Part shown: one piece after another, positions 46,800 to 59,072 of the stretch | How positions within the stretch are numbered: position 1 is the first letter of the stretch | How the letters are laid out: every line of letters starts with the position of its first letter | The notes under the pieces: generated by a model | The model's database searches: none | What the model saw: only the letters and a program-made list of their open reading frames with translations | What the model was told of the DNA's origin: nothing | NCBI RefSeq assembly: GCF_964355755.1 | Contig: NC_092671.1 | Span: 17,856,001 to 17,920,000, forward strand | Length of the DNA stretch: 64,000 bases | Origin: Antedon mediterranea | Lineage: Eukaryota > Animalia > Echinodermata | Direction: 5' to 3' | Position numbers and translations under genes: made by a program

Positions 46800-47400
46800 T
46801 TTAAAGGAAAGGAAGTAGAGATTGTATAAGTATCTTGGAGTACTAGTTTAAATGGGTGGACATGTTGACCATAGTTAAGAAGTTACAGTGAATACAAGGC
46901 TGTAGGCCTACTGCTTAAAGATGTATTGTCCCCCAAAAACATTAAAAATGAAGATTAATTAAATCAGACTTTGAATATGTTATTTTGTAGTTTTAATAAA
47001 GTTAATCACTTCCATAGAAAAAAAAAAAACAAAAAAAAATTAGGTTTTCACTAGTAAAATGACAAAATACATGGTTAAATTCAACCAAAAATGCATTGGC
47101 TGGCAGCCAATTTGACCATTTTTTGCCTTCAATTAAATTTTTTCAGGTAAATACATATTTTTTCGATCCAATTTTTGGTCAAAGTGGATAACTATTATGT
47201 TGCATTAAAATGGAATATTCAACAAAAATTTTTTTAAGAATTATTTTTTCAGGGGGACAATACATGTTTAAGGAAACTCGGTTCGTTTGGGGTAAAGCAG
47301 GATATTTGTGTACTATATAATGTTTATGTGTTAGGCCTACTAATCAGTGATGTTTTATTTGGGGATATTGTATGTTGGGCTGGGAATATCAGTAAGGGCA
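46800..47400 (+). mobile_element. Highly decayed LINE RT remnant interrupted by a MITE
   Basis: FKGKEVEIV, YKYLGV and YCL|RKLGSFGVKQDI motifs from the post-RT region of L2/Rex-Babar-like LINEs. Confidence 0.6.
46919..47267. mobile_element. TTAA-flanked MITE nested in a LINE remnant
   Basis: TTAA|AGATGTATTGTCCCCC...GGGGGACAATACATGT|TTAA. Confidence 0.85.
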
Positions 47401-47859
47401 TGTAAGGAGAATAAAGACCAAATTATTTATTTATTCTGTCTTTATACTGAATGACACTTTCAGTGCTAAAAAAAGGTAACTATCTACAAAACATACAGTA
47501 TAATATTGTGATATTATCAGCTCCGTCTTGCATTCGTTATTAGCGAGCTTTCGATGTAGTACGGTAGTACTGTAGTTCAGTACGGTAATTCGAACCGAAA
47601 TGTGATCCACGCATGCGCTGAAATTTGAGACTCACCGTAGCGCTAAATTTGAGAACGGTAGTCCTGTCTGAAACGTACATTCAGTTGTGTATTTTAATTA
47701 TGGAGGACACGATGGAAGTAGTATCGTCAAGAGTAAAGCAGTTTAATCAGTCGTTTATTTTAACTTATTGTAATCAAACATAGACTAGGCTATAGCATAT
47801 TAAATGAATGTTCATTAATGTAGTGCTCTAGATCAGTGATGCCAAATATAAAATTGGCT

Positions 47860-48310
47860 TAGAGATTTGGCCTAGCCTGAAATAGCCTGAAATAGCTGTT
47901 GCATTCATCATCGACATCGTTGAATTTATCTATGTTGAATTGATATTCATCACTTTTATACTGAAAATCAGGATTACTTGGAGAATTCATACTATACAAC
48001 ATAATGAATTCTTCCTCGTCTAGAACATCTGAAATATAGGCAGCAACAAGAGCATCTCGTACCCTATGTAGGTTCGCCATGTTGTGAGATGCTGAAAGTC
48101 GAGTCAACTCAGATGATGATACCTGATCGCACGGTGTCTCGAAAACAGAGACCTCGAAAACAGAGACCAGAGACCCGAGACCCAGGGTCTCTGTTTTCGA
48201 GAAAATCTCGAAAACAGAGACCCCCACTAAAACGTCTTAATATTACGTAATATAGGGGGTCTCTGTTTTCGAGTTCTCGAAAACAGAGACCCCCACTAAA
48301 ACGTCTCGAA
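47860..48310 (-). mobile_element. PIF/Harbinger-like transposon end with an N-terminal transposase fragment
   Basis: From ATG 48080: MANLHRVRDALVAAYISDVLDEEEFIMLYSMNSPSNPDFQY...FNIDKFNDVDDECNSYFR, which resembles N-termini of marine-invertebrate DDE_Tnp_4 transposases (recalled, not searched). Upstream is a cluster of direct and inverted TCGAAAACAGAGACC repeats. Confidence 0.6.
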
Positions 48311-48419
48311 AGATGTACTAGGTTCTTTAAAGTGCACACGAGCTAGATGTGTATTCTATTATCGGGTGTAGCACATTAAAATTGAGAGGACATAAGATGG
48401 ACACCATAATTTATTATTA

Positions 48420-48800
48420 AGGGGCGAAACAGCCAATCCTTACTGAAGGGACACTCCTATAAAGGGGACATAAAGGGGACGGGGAACATTTAAGCTCAGT
48501 GCCAATGTTCACTCAATATTTTTTCCATCACAAAATAACAAAAAAGACGAAATAATTATATCCATTTATCGTTATTAAATAAAAATGGATATCATAATAA
48601 TTATGATACTTTGTCTGTCTTGAAAGTTTTCATTGGTGAAACGTTGCCTGCTACATTTTAAATTTCCGAGTCCATCAGTATTGGTATTGGTTTTTATCTG
48701 CGAAACCTCTATGAAGAGGACAAGTTTTTTTAGGAAGTGTTCCAGGGGCAGTAGAACCCCTATTAAGGGGACACTTTAAAAAAAAAAAGGTTCTACTGTA
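48420..48800. mobile_element. Decayed Tc1/mariner(pogo)-like MITE(s)
   Basis: CAGTAGAACCCCTATTAAGGGGACAC ... GGTTCTACTGTA, with repeated AAGGGGACA motifs. Confidence 0.5.
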
Positions 48801-49619
48801 TTTTTAACGGAGGATATCACAAATCAAGTAGGGCCTACGTGTTTCCAAGTACAGTACAGTGTTTAAAAAGAATGATTTCATTTCAATCTTTTTTAAAACA
48901 GAAATAGGTCTGTTTTGAATGGTTTTTGTTTTTATTTTTTTTCCCGTGTGTTACTTGGCAATACAGAGATATTATTAGAAGGACAATTTTGGCGGGCTGT
49001 TTGCATTGTCGCCCCTGAAACTTGTGACCTGAACTGAAGAATATGGTATGTTGTTAGTGCTGAATTCTGTAACTTTTGTGTCATATCAACTGAGAATTTG
49101 TATCATTTCTGTAGGCCCAATTCAGTAAACATCATCGTTTAGGGCCGCCATTATAATTAGCTATTTTTTCAATCACATTGTCAGAAAATGAATTCTTAAT
49201 GAAATATTACGTGTAAAACCAAATATAAATATATGTGATGTGAATATAACAATGGAGAAACTTTCATGGAGAAATAACTTACTTATTTATAACTAACTTA
49301 TTTTTCCGTGATATAACTGATGAAACAATGTTTAGAAAATGATATATCTGATAGATATCATCTAAGTGATGTTTTACATATAACGTTTAACTTTTTTTTT
49401 CATTCTCCATACATTCAATTCTTTTAATATAGTTCTTGTATAACACCATATCAAGTAGTAGTAGAAATTATTGTAGGGTTTTCTTATTATTCAGTCAAGT
49501 GTTTCTATACAAAAAAGAGTAGTCAGTGGCCTTAACATCAATTAATTGTATAATTTGTACCCAAGGTCGAATAGCAAGAAACTCAGGTCCAGTTGCATTG
49601 GTGTTCATTGGTCAATAGG

Positions 49620-49785
49620 AAATGAACAGCCAGGGCTCCTGCGCCTAATGGGTTACAAACTCAGTCAAGTGTGGACCAATGTGTTGACCTCGTCATCTAG
49701 AGGTCAACGGTGACATACGTGTCACTACACTTTGAGAAAACCAACTGATAGTTGACGAAACGTCAGGTAAATAAAATAATCGTTA
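49620..49785 (+). mobile_element. Probable extreme 3' end of a second Penelope-like element
   Basis: MN..G / GYKLSQVWTNVL..* resembles the C-terminal end of Penelope GIY-YIG ORFs. It is followed by two hairpins, a CAACT-GAT-AGTTG stem, CGAAACGTC and AATAAA. Confidence 0.5.
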
Positions 49786-50437
49786 TTTACTACTACTACG
49801 GGTGAGATATAATTAACTATTATATTTTATTTTCTTTTCATTTTAATTTGTCGGACATTGTACTGTACATTAAACTTTATACTTTCTCATGTTTCGCATC
49901 TAGTATCTGCCTCAGACCTCTGGTCAAGGTGGGCACTGGACGAGACAAGCCCTTGATCGGGTAACAATCAAGGTGCTTTAAACAGTCCTGGCTTTGTTTG
50001 TATCAAACTGTTAGTGGCGGTAATTATCGCTGTTGGTTTCGATTGACTAAAATAAATAAAATAAATAAATAAATAATCTGGAAAACCACGCATGTGACCC
50101 ACTATTATACAGATACGTTTCGTGACCTACTTGTGACAGCTTGCATTATTTTTTGATCAGTTAATCATCTCAGTCCAAGCAAGTTTCCGTATGAGATTAT
50201 TTTCAGAAAAAACACCTCAATTAACTCTTAGAATTTACTAAGCCAGATTTTAGACCTAAATTCCGTCACCGGACTTTTTTTCATGCCTAAATCGTCACAG
50301 TAGTTTTTTTTTTAGTAGTGGTTTTTACACATGTATAATTATTTCAGATTATATAATCATTAAATTATTTCTGCGGGTAGGCTTATAACAACACATATTA
50401 TTATCAATACAGTACTTGTTCTCAAACTATAGAAGTT

Positions 50438-52388
50438 ATGGACAATCCATCAATGTTGACACCGTTAATCAGTAATCACAAGAGGTATGCAGAGTCATAT
50501 CTTGTATATTGTAAGCTAAACAGAAGCGTTGAAATGATAGAACGTTGGATCAATTCATATTTTCCTGAGAAAATTATGAAAGATATAAAAGTAGACAAGG
50601 AAAAGGAGTTAATGGTACTCGGGATTGGCAGTGGGTCAGGTAAGGAGAATTGGAGGATAAACATTTTCCTAAATGAAATTTAGTAGAATAGGCCTAGACA
50701 TAAAATTGTATACTTGAATTGTATTATAGGTTATTACATCATCATCTATGTTATGACATTTGTCTTAAGTAATATGTGTTTCCATGATTCACTTTCTGAT
50801 CGATGGCCCGATGGTCAGTCATTATCACTAACCTTTGAATGTTTCCTATCTGTTAAGATTGTAGGATTGTGAGCCATATCGATAACAGTATTTGACGCAG
50901 ATACAAAATGTTCTATCTAGAACTATAATAACTTTATTGTAATAAACTATACAAAGTACACATCTACACAGTAGGAATAAATATGGAAGAGTGATTCACA
51001 TAGAAGAATGTTATCCTAATTTAAGGAGTGAGCAAAGCAATGATGGATTGCTTTGTGGTCTGGGGACAGTTCCGGTATATCATCTATTTCTTAGAACAGG
51101 AACTTTCACTTATCATCTATAGGTGAATGACCAGTAGGCTATTGGAAACATTCATTGTACAAGGAGAGCACATTTTAACACTATCCAGGTAGTTTTTGGT
51201 CTGTCAAAGCTAATTTCGTCGCCGAATATCCATCGAAAGTTTGATCATGTGTCTGCCCATTATACGTATTTTCTCTTCCTTTGATTTGATCGTCCATGTT
51301 AGTTCTTTCGTTCTGCTATAGATTACTAGTTCACGGATGAAAAAAAATGTCAAAAACATCAGAAATATGCCTAATATTGATTTTACCAAAATATTGATAG
51401 AATGTATTTTTTTGGTCTCGTTGTTTTAATATATAGGCCACTTCTTATTGAATAGAGTTTCCTCTCGGTACAATTTCCTCTTTTACTTTCATCAGGTCAA
51501 GTTGAATGTCAAGTTTTGAGGCAACTACTTAAACAGTGGCCTAAGATCACAGATACGGTAGTGGAACCGAATCGATCCCATATTAATGCATATCAAGATT
51601 TAGCTGCAAACGAATCAGAGAGTTTGAATGGAGTTTCCTTTGAATGGCGGCAACTAAATCTACAGAAGTTCAGACAGGAGAACCATGACCAACCATTAAA
51701 GAAGTACCATTTTATAATGTTGTTCCATGTGATGTATTACTTTGAAAATTTAGCAGAGGATTTAAAGTATTTGAAGAGTATTCTAGAAGATGGTGGCATG
51801 ATCCTAGCAATTATGGAGAGTGGTATGTTTTATACATTTATGTTAAGGGTAATCGTATAATGGATAATGGCAAAGTTTAAAAAAAGCAAACACAGTAGGC
51901 CTATGTACGAATTATTAGGTACCGGTACCGGTACGTAATAATTCCTCTCAATTTGTTAATGTCGAATATGTACAATTACACGTGTTTATAATGTCTAGCT
52001 GTATAGGCATACGTTTCTACTGAAAAGTTTTTTTTTTATAGATGACGGTTCTGTGACACGGAGTATTGAACAATTTCCTCAATTTAAGAAGAATGTATCG
52101 GCTGTATCTACAAAAGATGTTGAGAAAGCGTTGGCAAAAGTCAAAATACAGTTTGTCAAACATCGTATACAAATAAACCTGGATGCTTCCGGTTTTCTTG
52201 ATGGTGAATCAAAAGAAGGTGATCTTCTCGTGGATTTTATTACACAAACTGCTTTCTTTAGGGAAACTGCATCTGATTCGCTGTATAACGATATAATTGA
52301 GTATCTAAAAAGAATTGTTTTGCCTGAGTGTGACAATGGCAAAAGTCAACTAAGATGCGATTGTGAAGTGATTGTTATTACAAAGTAG
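50438..52388 (+). CDS. Histamine N-methyltransferase-like SAM-dependent methyltransferase, paralog 1; 291 aa; exons 50438-50639, 51496-51822, 52042-52388
   Basis: Motif I VLGIGSGSG, then VVEP, FEW, YHFIMLFHVMYYF and DLLVDFITQT align with HNMT. The junctions are phase-1 GT-AG and total 876 nt. Confidence 0.88.
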
Positions 52389-53482
52389 GAATCAGGCCTC
52401 AACAATAGGCATAATTATTTTCAAAAGATATATTTCACAAATTATTAATAAAGAACCATTAAATTAACTCGGTTCACACTGATAATTAGTTCAGTAAGCT
52501 GTTGACAGTCATGGTATAATGTTGAGACAAATTGTTTTCTGTTTATTTTTTATGTACAATTTTTTTTTTCTTTTAATGACGTGTTACAATAATTGGAAGT
52601 CAAATTAATCATTTACTTATTATATGTGTTTTTGTATTCTGTAAGGTGGCAATCCCCCAATTTACCTAAAAATTGTTTTAATTGACAAAAATGAATTTTT
52701 TGATCCCATTTGGCCTGAAATGAACCGGAAATGACATTTTCGGGTCATTTCAGGTCATATGCTAATTAGCTAATTAACGATCCGGCTTAATTAGTAAATA
52801 TTTCTCGCAGCAATATCTTGGCTTAACAAGGTCCCACACCCTTGAGTTTGGTATCATTGGAAAGCTCTTCAGAAGCTGCATTTGATAAACTAAAAAGGAA
52901 ATACACTACTTGTAACAATCTAAAATAATATTTTAATTTGATCAAATGTAATTACATATATGCTAATTATCCATTCCATGTTAGAAGTGGTAATAGGTAA
53001 TCAGTCAATTGTTAGTTAATTGAATAGAACAATTGTTTGTGGATATCTGTTGCAAATTTCAGACAAACAGAATACAAAATGAAGGAACAGTAGTTGTTCA
53101 AACTTTGAAATGTGTGTGAAAGTATTTGTTTTAAAAGCATATAGAAAATTTACGGTACATATGTAAATTTGAGATGACGGACGATTTTTGTTCGATTACA
53201 ACAGATCGTAAATGAAGGTACAGTAACAGCAACATGTGCTGGGGATTCCCTTATGCTGAGATGGCTATTTCTGTAGAATTTTTAAATAATTTTTTTTTTT
53301 AATGATTAATAATGAAAGATTATGGATTTTAATACCATATTTTGGACATTTTCGCCGTTGCTATAAAGGGGACTCAAAGGTTCAAATAGCGGTTTTTACC
53401 CATTTTATCACAGAATTTATTCGATTTTTTTGTTTTATATTAACAGAAGAGATTGTATAGAAGTATTATATAGATATAATAA

Positions 53483-54522
53483 GTTTTGCCGACGACACAA
53501 CTTGTATAACAAGGGGAGATTACCCTACAATGTTAAACAATGTTATGAATATTGAACTAGAAAAAATAAACGTATGGCTTAAAGCAAATAAGCTGTTATT
53601 GAATGTCAGCAAAACTAAACGTTGTTTTAGAACTACCCAAAAGTACTTTGACAAAAACCAGTTTGAAATAAAAATGAATAATGTTTTATTACCAGAAAAG
53701 AAAATGTGACCTTTCTAGGTGTAATTTTAAACGAAAATCTTAACTGGAAACATCACATACAGCTTATTAGGAAAAAATGTCTAGAGCAACTGGTATACTT
53801 TTAAAAGTAAGAGAATTCTTTCATCATAAAGTCCGTATTAGTCTGTATAACACCTTATTACCTCACCTTCAGTATGGTAACTTAATATGGAGAAATACAT
53901 ACAAGAGCACGTTAGAGGTAATACTAAAACTCCAAAAGAGAGCTGTAAAATGCATCACCTTCTCTAAACTCAGGCAAGCCTCAGAGCCACTTTTTAAGAA
54001 CTCAAAATATTAAACGTTTATGATATTCACAAAGTAAACGTCATAGGATTTATGGCAAAAGTAAAATTTAATGAATTACCACATCATATTTTAAATATGT
54101 TTAATTACTGTGACAGTATTAGGCCTACTCATAACCTCAGAACAGAAACTGAATTCGAAATTCCCTTTACAAGACTAACTTGCAGTCACAGTTTATACAC
54201 ATATAGGCCTATGGACCAAAATTGTAGAAAGAATTCACTTATAATGGTGATAATAAACCGGTTATTTTAAAGAAACATAATAAATGTATTAAAAAAACAG
54301 GTCAAAAAATACTTTTTATCACTATATGCTGATTAACACGTTGTTTATGGGAAATGGCTGTTAAGTTATACTTACTTATATTGTTCATATGTAAAAGGGT
54401 CCTACAAAAAAAACGAAGCTACAGCTCTGTAATGCAGGATCCTTGTTGTATTGCAATTATGATGTGATTGATGACTAAATAAATGTGGAATAAATGAAAT
54501 GAAATTATAAAAAAAAAAAAAA
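53483..54522 (+). mobile_element. 5'-truncated, frameshifted CR1/L2-group LINE
   Basis: FADDTT...ELEKINVWLKANKLLLNVSKTK, FLGVIL..NLNWKHHI, LYNTLLPHLQYGNLIW and LQKRAVKCI; ends AATAAATGAAATGAAAT plus poly(A). Confidence 0.88.
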
Positions 54523-54679
54523 TTAACATTTTGTATGTAGTAATATACGTATGAAACGCCTTATGTGCCAAAATATTTATCTTTCTACTAATATTAAGAA
54601 AAAAATCCGTCTGGAACCCCGGCTAGGTATATAGCTATATTCGCATGGTATATCCGATCGGTATAGTAAAGAAGACACC

Positions 54680-55196
54680 AGAGACTTTATCTGCTAAAGA
54701 AGCTGAACCATTTTAATGTCGATAGGCCTAAAGTAATTCTTAGGATTTTTTATAATTCCTTTATTGAGAACGTTTTAACTTTTTCCTTTATATGCTGGTT
54801 TTTTAGTCTTAGGTCAAAGAGAGAAACTCACTACAAAGAAGTGTTAACTTAGGTTCTAAATTAATAGGTTGTCAACTTCGTAGCTTATCTTCTTTCTGTG
54901 ACATGCAAACTCTAGAAAAAAGTAAAGCTATCATAAAAAATGTTAACCATGCCTTGTTCAGTGATTTCGAGCTCATGCCTCATGGGCGTCGCTTTCGTTG
55001 CCCAGAATGTAGAACAAATCGGAAAATAAATTCGTTTTTGCCAGTGGCCATCCGACTCCTAAATTCTCGAACTTGTACTCTTGTTATACTGTACTGTGTA
55101 TTGTGATATTTGTATATTTTTTAAGATCATTTCAATCCAGACCTTTTTATTTGAATTGCCCTGTGTGGGATGATTAAAGAATTTTGAATTGAATTG
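54680..55196 (+). mobile_element. 3' fragment of a Rex-Babar/L2-like LINE
   Basis: QRLYLLKKLNHFNVD..ILRIFYNSFIENVLTFSFICW and HALFSDFELMPHGRRFRCPECRTNRKINSFLPVAIRLLN; (TGAAT)n tail at ~55185-55195. Confidence 0.85.
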
Positions 55197-55222
55197 GTAT
55201 GTTTGTATTACCGAGCGAGGCT

Positions 55223-55336
55223 TGAGATGTCTGTACCCATACAGACAGAGGAATTGTCATTGAGATGTCTGTACCCATACAGACAGAGGAATTGTCATTG
55301 AGATGTCTGTACCCATACAGACAGGGGAATTGTCAT
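55223..55336. repeat. 38-bp tandem repeat, 3 copies
   Basis: TGAGATGTCTGTACCCATACAGACAGAGGAATTGTCAT x3. Confidence 0.95.
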
Positions 55337-55574
55337 CTGTATGCAAGTTTTGTTGATACAAAATTATAGATGATTTAAAGTAAAGTGAATGCAGGATAAT
55401 GCAATTTGAACCATACTTTTTTTCTTTCCCCAAAGCCACGTTCATATTAGTTTAATAATTTATTAAGAACACGTTAAATTTATATCAGCTAAGAATCTAT
55501 AAGTTAATTTCGTCTTCGGTTATACATTTTGATCATTCCTACTACTATGTAAAACAGTTTTGTAAAATGAAAAA

Positions 55575-56045
55575 AGAATTTGTCAAAATAAAATAAAATT
55601 AGAATTTTAGATTATTACATGGCCTATTTATTATAATGATGATAAAATTAAATGTTTTAATATGGACGGTAATAATAAATTTGTCAAAAAGCAATTACCT
55701 TTTTATTTGACTTCGGCCGCCATTGTCTTGTATAATTTATATGCAGTTCTGTTTGAAAAAGATTGTTTAATGATGAATTGATTATTAGTATCCCACTAAC
55801 ATCTGTCATAGAACATTTTTTTTGTAAAATTGAAAGCAAATTTGTCCAAAATAAAAGTAAATAATTAGAATTGTATTACAGGGTCTATTATTATAATGAT
55901 GATAACTTAACATGTTTTAATATGTATACGGTAATAATAATTTTGTCAAATTACCTTTTTATTGTCTTGTATAAATTGTTTAAAAAAAAGATTGTTTAAT
56001 GATGAATTGATTATTAATATCCCACTAACATCTGTCATAGAACAG
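55575..56045. repeat. ~230-260 bp tandem duplication upstream of HNMT-like paralog 2
   Basis: Two copies, each ending AGATTGTTTAATGATGAATTGATTATTA.TATCCCACTAACATCTGTCATAGAACA (55760-55815 and 55989-56044). Confidence 0.85.
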
Positions 56046-56210
56046 TTTCGTCGTGATAACATATTGACAAGCCTAAGGTAAGTAATACCTGTCTATTATT
56101 TGTGCAATATATTTTTAAACTTTACTATGTAGGTCTAGTAGGCATGAATGCAAGTTAAGATTAATAGCCCTTACTAAAGTTTAAAACACGGACGATTTTT
56201 TCCCTTTAGA

Positions 56211-57520
56211 ATGGAAAAGTCACCGCTGAAACCATTGATCAGCTTTAACCAAAGGTATGAAGAGTGTTATGGTACATATTGCAAACTGACCAACAATGTT
56301 GTAGTGCAAGAAGAATGGATTAAATTATATTTTCCCGATAAAATTATTAAAGAGATAAAATTAGAAGACGATAAAGAGCTGGATGTACTTGGAATTGGCA
56401 GTGGAGCAGGTAAGGAAGTCTGAAATTGTAGAAAAATTAGAACAGTTTTCATCTTCCGTCGTCAAATTAAATCAATTTTTGTTTATTTCTATAAAAAATG
56501 AGTAAAAACGTATAGTTTCATCATTGCTTTTTAAACAAAAAAATGATTACTATATTTTGTTTAACAGGTAAGGATGAAATCAACGTGTTGAAGCAGCTGC
56601 TGAAGAGATGGCCTAGAGTCAAAGACACAGTCGTGGAACCACATCTTTCACATATTAATAAATATAAAGATTTAGTCGCAACGGAAGCAAAGAGTCTGGA
56701 TGGAGTTTCTTTTGAATGGCGACAACAAACAGTACAGCAGTTCATACGGGACACCAAAGATCAACCATTGAAGAAGTACCATTTTATTATGTTGTTCCAT
56801 GTAATGTATTTTATTGAAGATTTGGAAGATGTTCTAAGGAATCTGAAAGGTATTCTGGACGATGGCGGTATAATATTAGGAATGCTTGAGTGTGGTATGT
56901 TATTATTATAATATATACTTTGGAAAAAACAACATAATAGGCCGACCACTTGACAATATTAAATAAATGTGTAAATAGTAGGCCAAATGGGAAATCTGCT
57001 TGTCTAAAAATATTGAAGAGATTTTTTTTTTTGAAAAGGCTTTGCAATTAATTTTACGTTTAACTATCATTTTCAGTTTAATTAGTCCTACTGTAGAACA
57101 TTACTTTAAAGTAACTTTTTATGTGAAATGCTTTTTACGGTGTTTACGTGAAAATGTGTTTTGTTTATAGATGACAGTTGTATGGCAATGACTATCAGAA
57201 CATTCCCCCAACTCAAGAACAGCGTACAGGCAGCCTCAACGAAAGAAATTGAAAACGCATTCAAAAGCAACCAATTAAATTATGTCAAGCATCGTATACA
57301 TATCAACCTGGATGCTACTGGTTGTCTTGATGATGAGTCCAATGAAGGGGAACTTCTCATTGAGTCCCTAACACAAACTGCTTATCTTAAGAAAAATGTA
57401 CCAAAATCACTGTACAGTAAAATCATTGAATATCTAAAAAGTATTATTCTACCTAATAACAGTGGAGATGGTAAAACTTTGTTAAGAGGCGATTGTGATG
57501 CGATTATTATTACGAAGTGA
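56211..57520 (+). CDS. Histamine N-methyltransferase-like SAM-dependent methyltransferase, paralog 2; 291 aa; exons 56211-56409, 56568-56894, 57171-57520
   Basis: VLGIGSGAG, DTVVEP, GVSFEWRQ and YHFIMLFHVMYF; same intron positions as paralog 1. There is a probable 5'UTR intron (donor AAG|GTAAGT at 56078, acceptor just before the ATG). Confidence 0.88.
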
Positions 57521-59072
57521 AACACACTAAATTATTTACATGCATATCCATGCATCCGGTTAGGATAAAGTCAAGACAAATATCGTCGGGCCAGTAATAT
57601 GAAGCTGCCTACAAATATTGGCATCCATAAATTGTTTTCTATATTTAGGTGGTTTAGTTTCTTAATTTCTCTTTTAAATGTAGGTTATATAGGTTTTTAT
57701 TTCTTTTTTTGGTGTAATTTCCACTGCCTAGAATAAGCTCTTTAAAAGTGCTTTTACTCCCATTATTTTTTTTTTCAAAAATGTTATCTATATTTTAATT
57801 CTCCAAAATTTCTCGTTAACTAGACACGTTTTTCAACTTCTAAGTCGTCACAATTATTGTATTTGCTAGTAATATGCACCGTACATAATCGACTATTGGT
57901 AGGGATAATTCGATTTAACAATCTACAATTAAATTGTGCCTATACAGTATTTGTTTTTTTAACTAATACCCTGTCTCCAAATACACTCTCCAATTTACAT
58001 ATACTTTCAGGAGGAAAAAACATGCTTGACAAAGTGCAAATATGTATCTTTTGTAGTCATTTCTAAAACTCTACTTTTAAATGTGCTTAAATATCATCCT
58101 TTATTACAAGTCATAGTGTGTTGCTGTATAATTATAGTGTTTGGTTTCGTATTCCTTTCTTATCTGTATTGTTGTTCTGCATACCAATAAAGGTCTATTC
58201 CAATAGTTTTAGACAGATTGTTTTTATACAAATTTATGTTTCGTTGACAAAAAAGAATAGCGCGTCCCTGATTTTGTAAGTAATTAAAAAAAATAAAGTT
58301 AATGAAGGAAAATTGCAATCTAAAGAGATTTGCTTTAGTCTACGGAAAGAGTGATTTAATGAGGGAGAGAAAGACAGAATAACCAACATACAGTAGTCAT
58401 TGATGATTATCCTGAGGTAGGCCTATGCCATAATATTGCCGTAAATGCAAGATATTAACCATAACAACCATGGAATATACAAATCCTTAAAACTATTATG
58501 TATATTTTATTCACCATGTTAAATATAGTAACAAAACATATGATAAAATGCATTCAAATTCATTAAAAACCGATTTTCCACCAAACAAATAAAATCGGAC
58601 TTTGGTAATTTTGCAGTTATTCACAATCTGTAGTAAAATATGAATAAAAACAATTTAACCAAAAACACATTGTTTGACATTTTTTTCAATCCAATTTTTG
58701 GACAAAGTGTGAATAACTATTATGTTACATTAAAATGGCATATTCAACAACAACCATATATCATTTCAATACTGTTACTTTAGATCCCTGCATTAAAACT
58801 TTAAACTCTAGTAATATATTATATTATATTATATTAGCTATTTATTTGGGCCTATTTACTTTAATCCCATAATATTATACTGAATATTTATATTCAACAT
58901 TTCCACCATTTTATCAATTTTACTTCTTATTCAAAGAGATATATATAGTCTTGCTCATTATTGTATTTAAATACCATATTATATTTTGTATCCATTGACA
59001 ATGTATTTGTGCTCCAACTTTCTCTGTGTAATGATGATTTGTTTTAAGACCATGTGTGGAATCACAAAAGGA

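Noticed and set aside
49315-49345. CTGATGA...GAAA hammerhead-like spacing
   Set aside because: There is no credible stem I or III and no NUH cleavage site; it is likely a chance match in AT-rich DNA.
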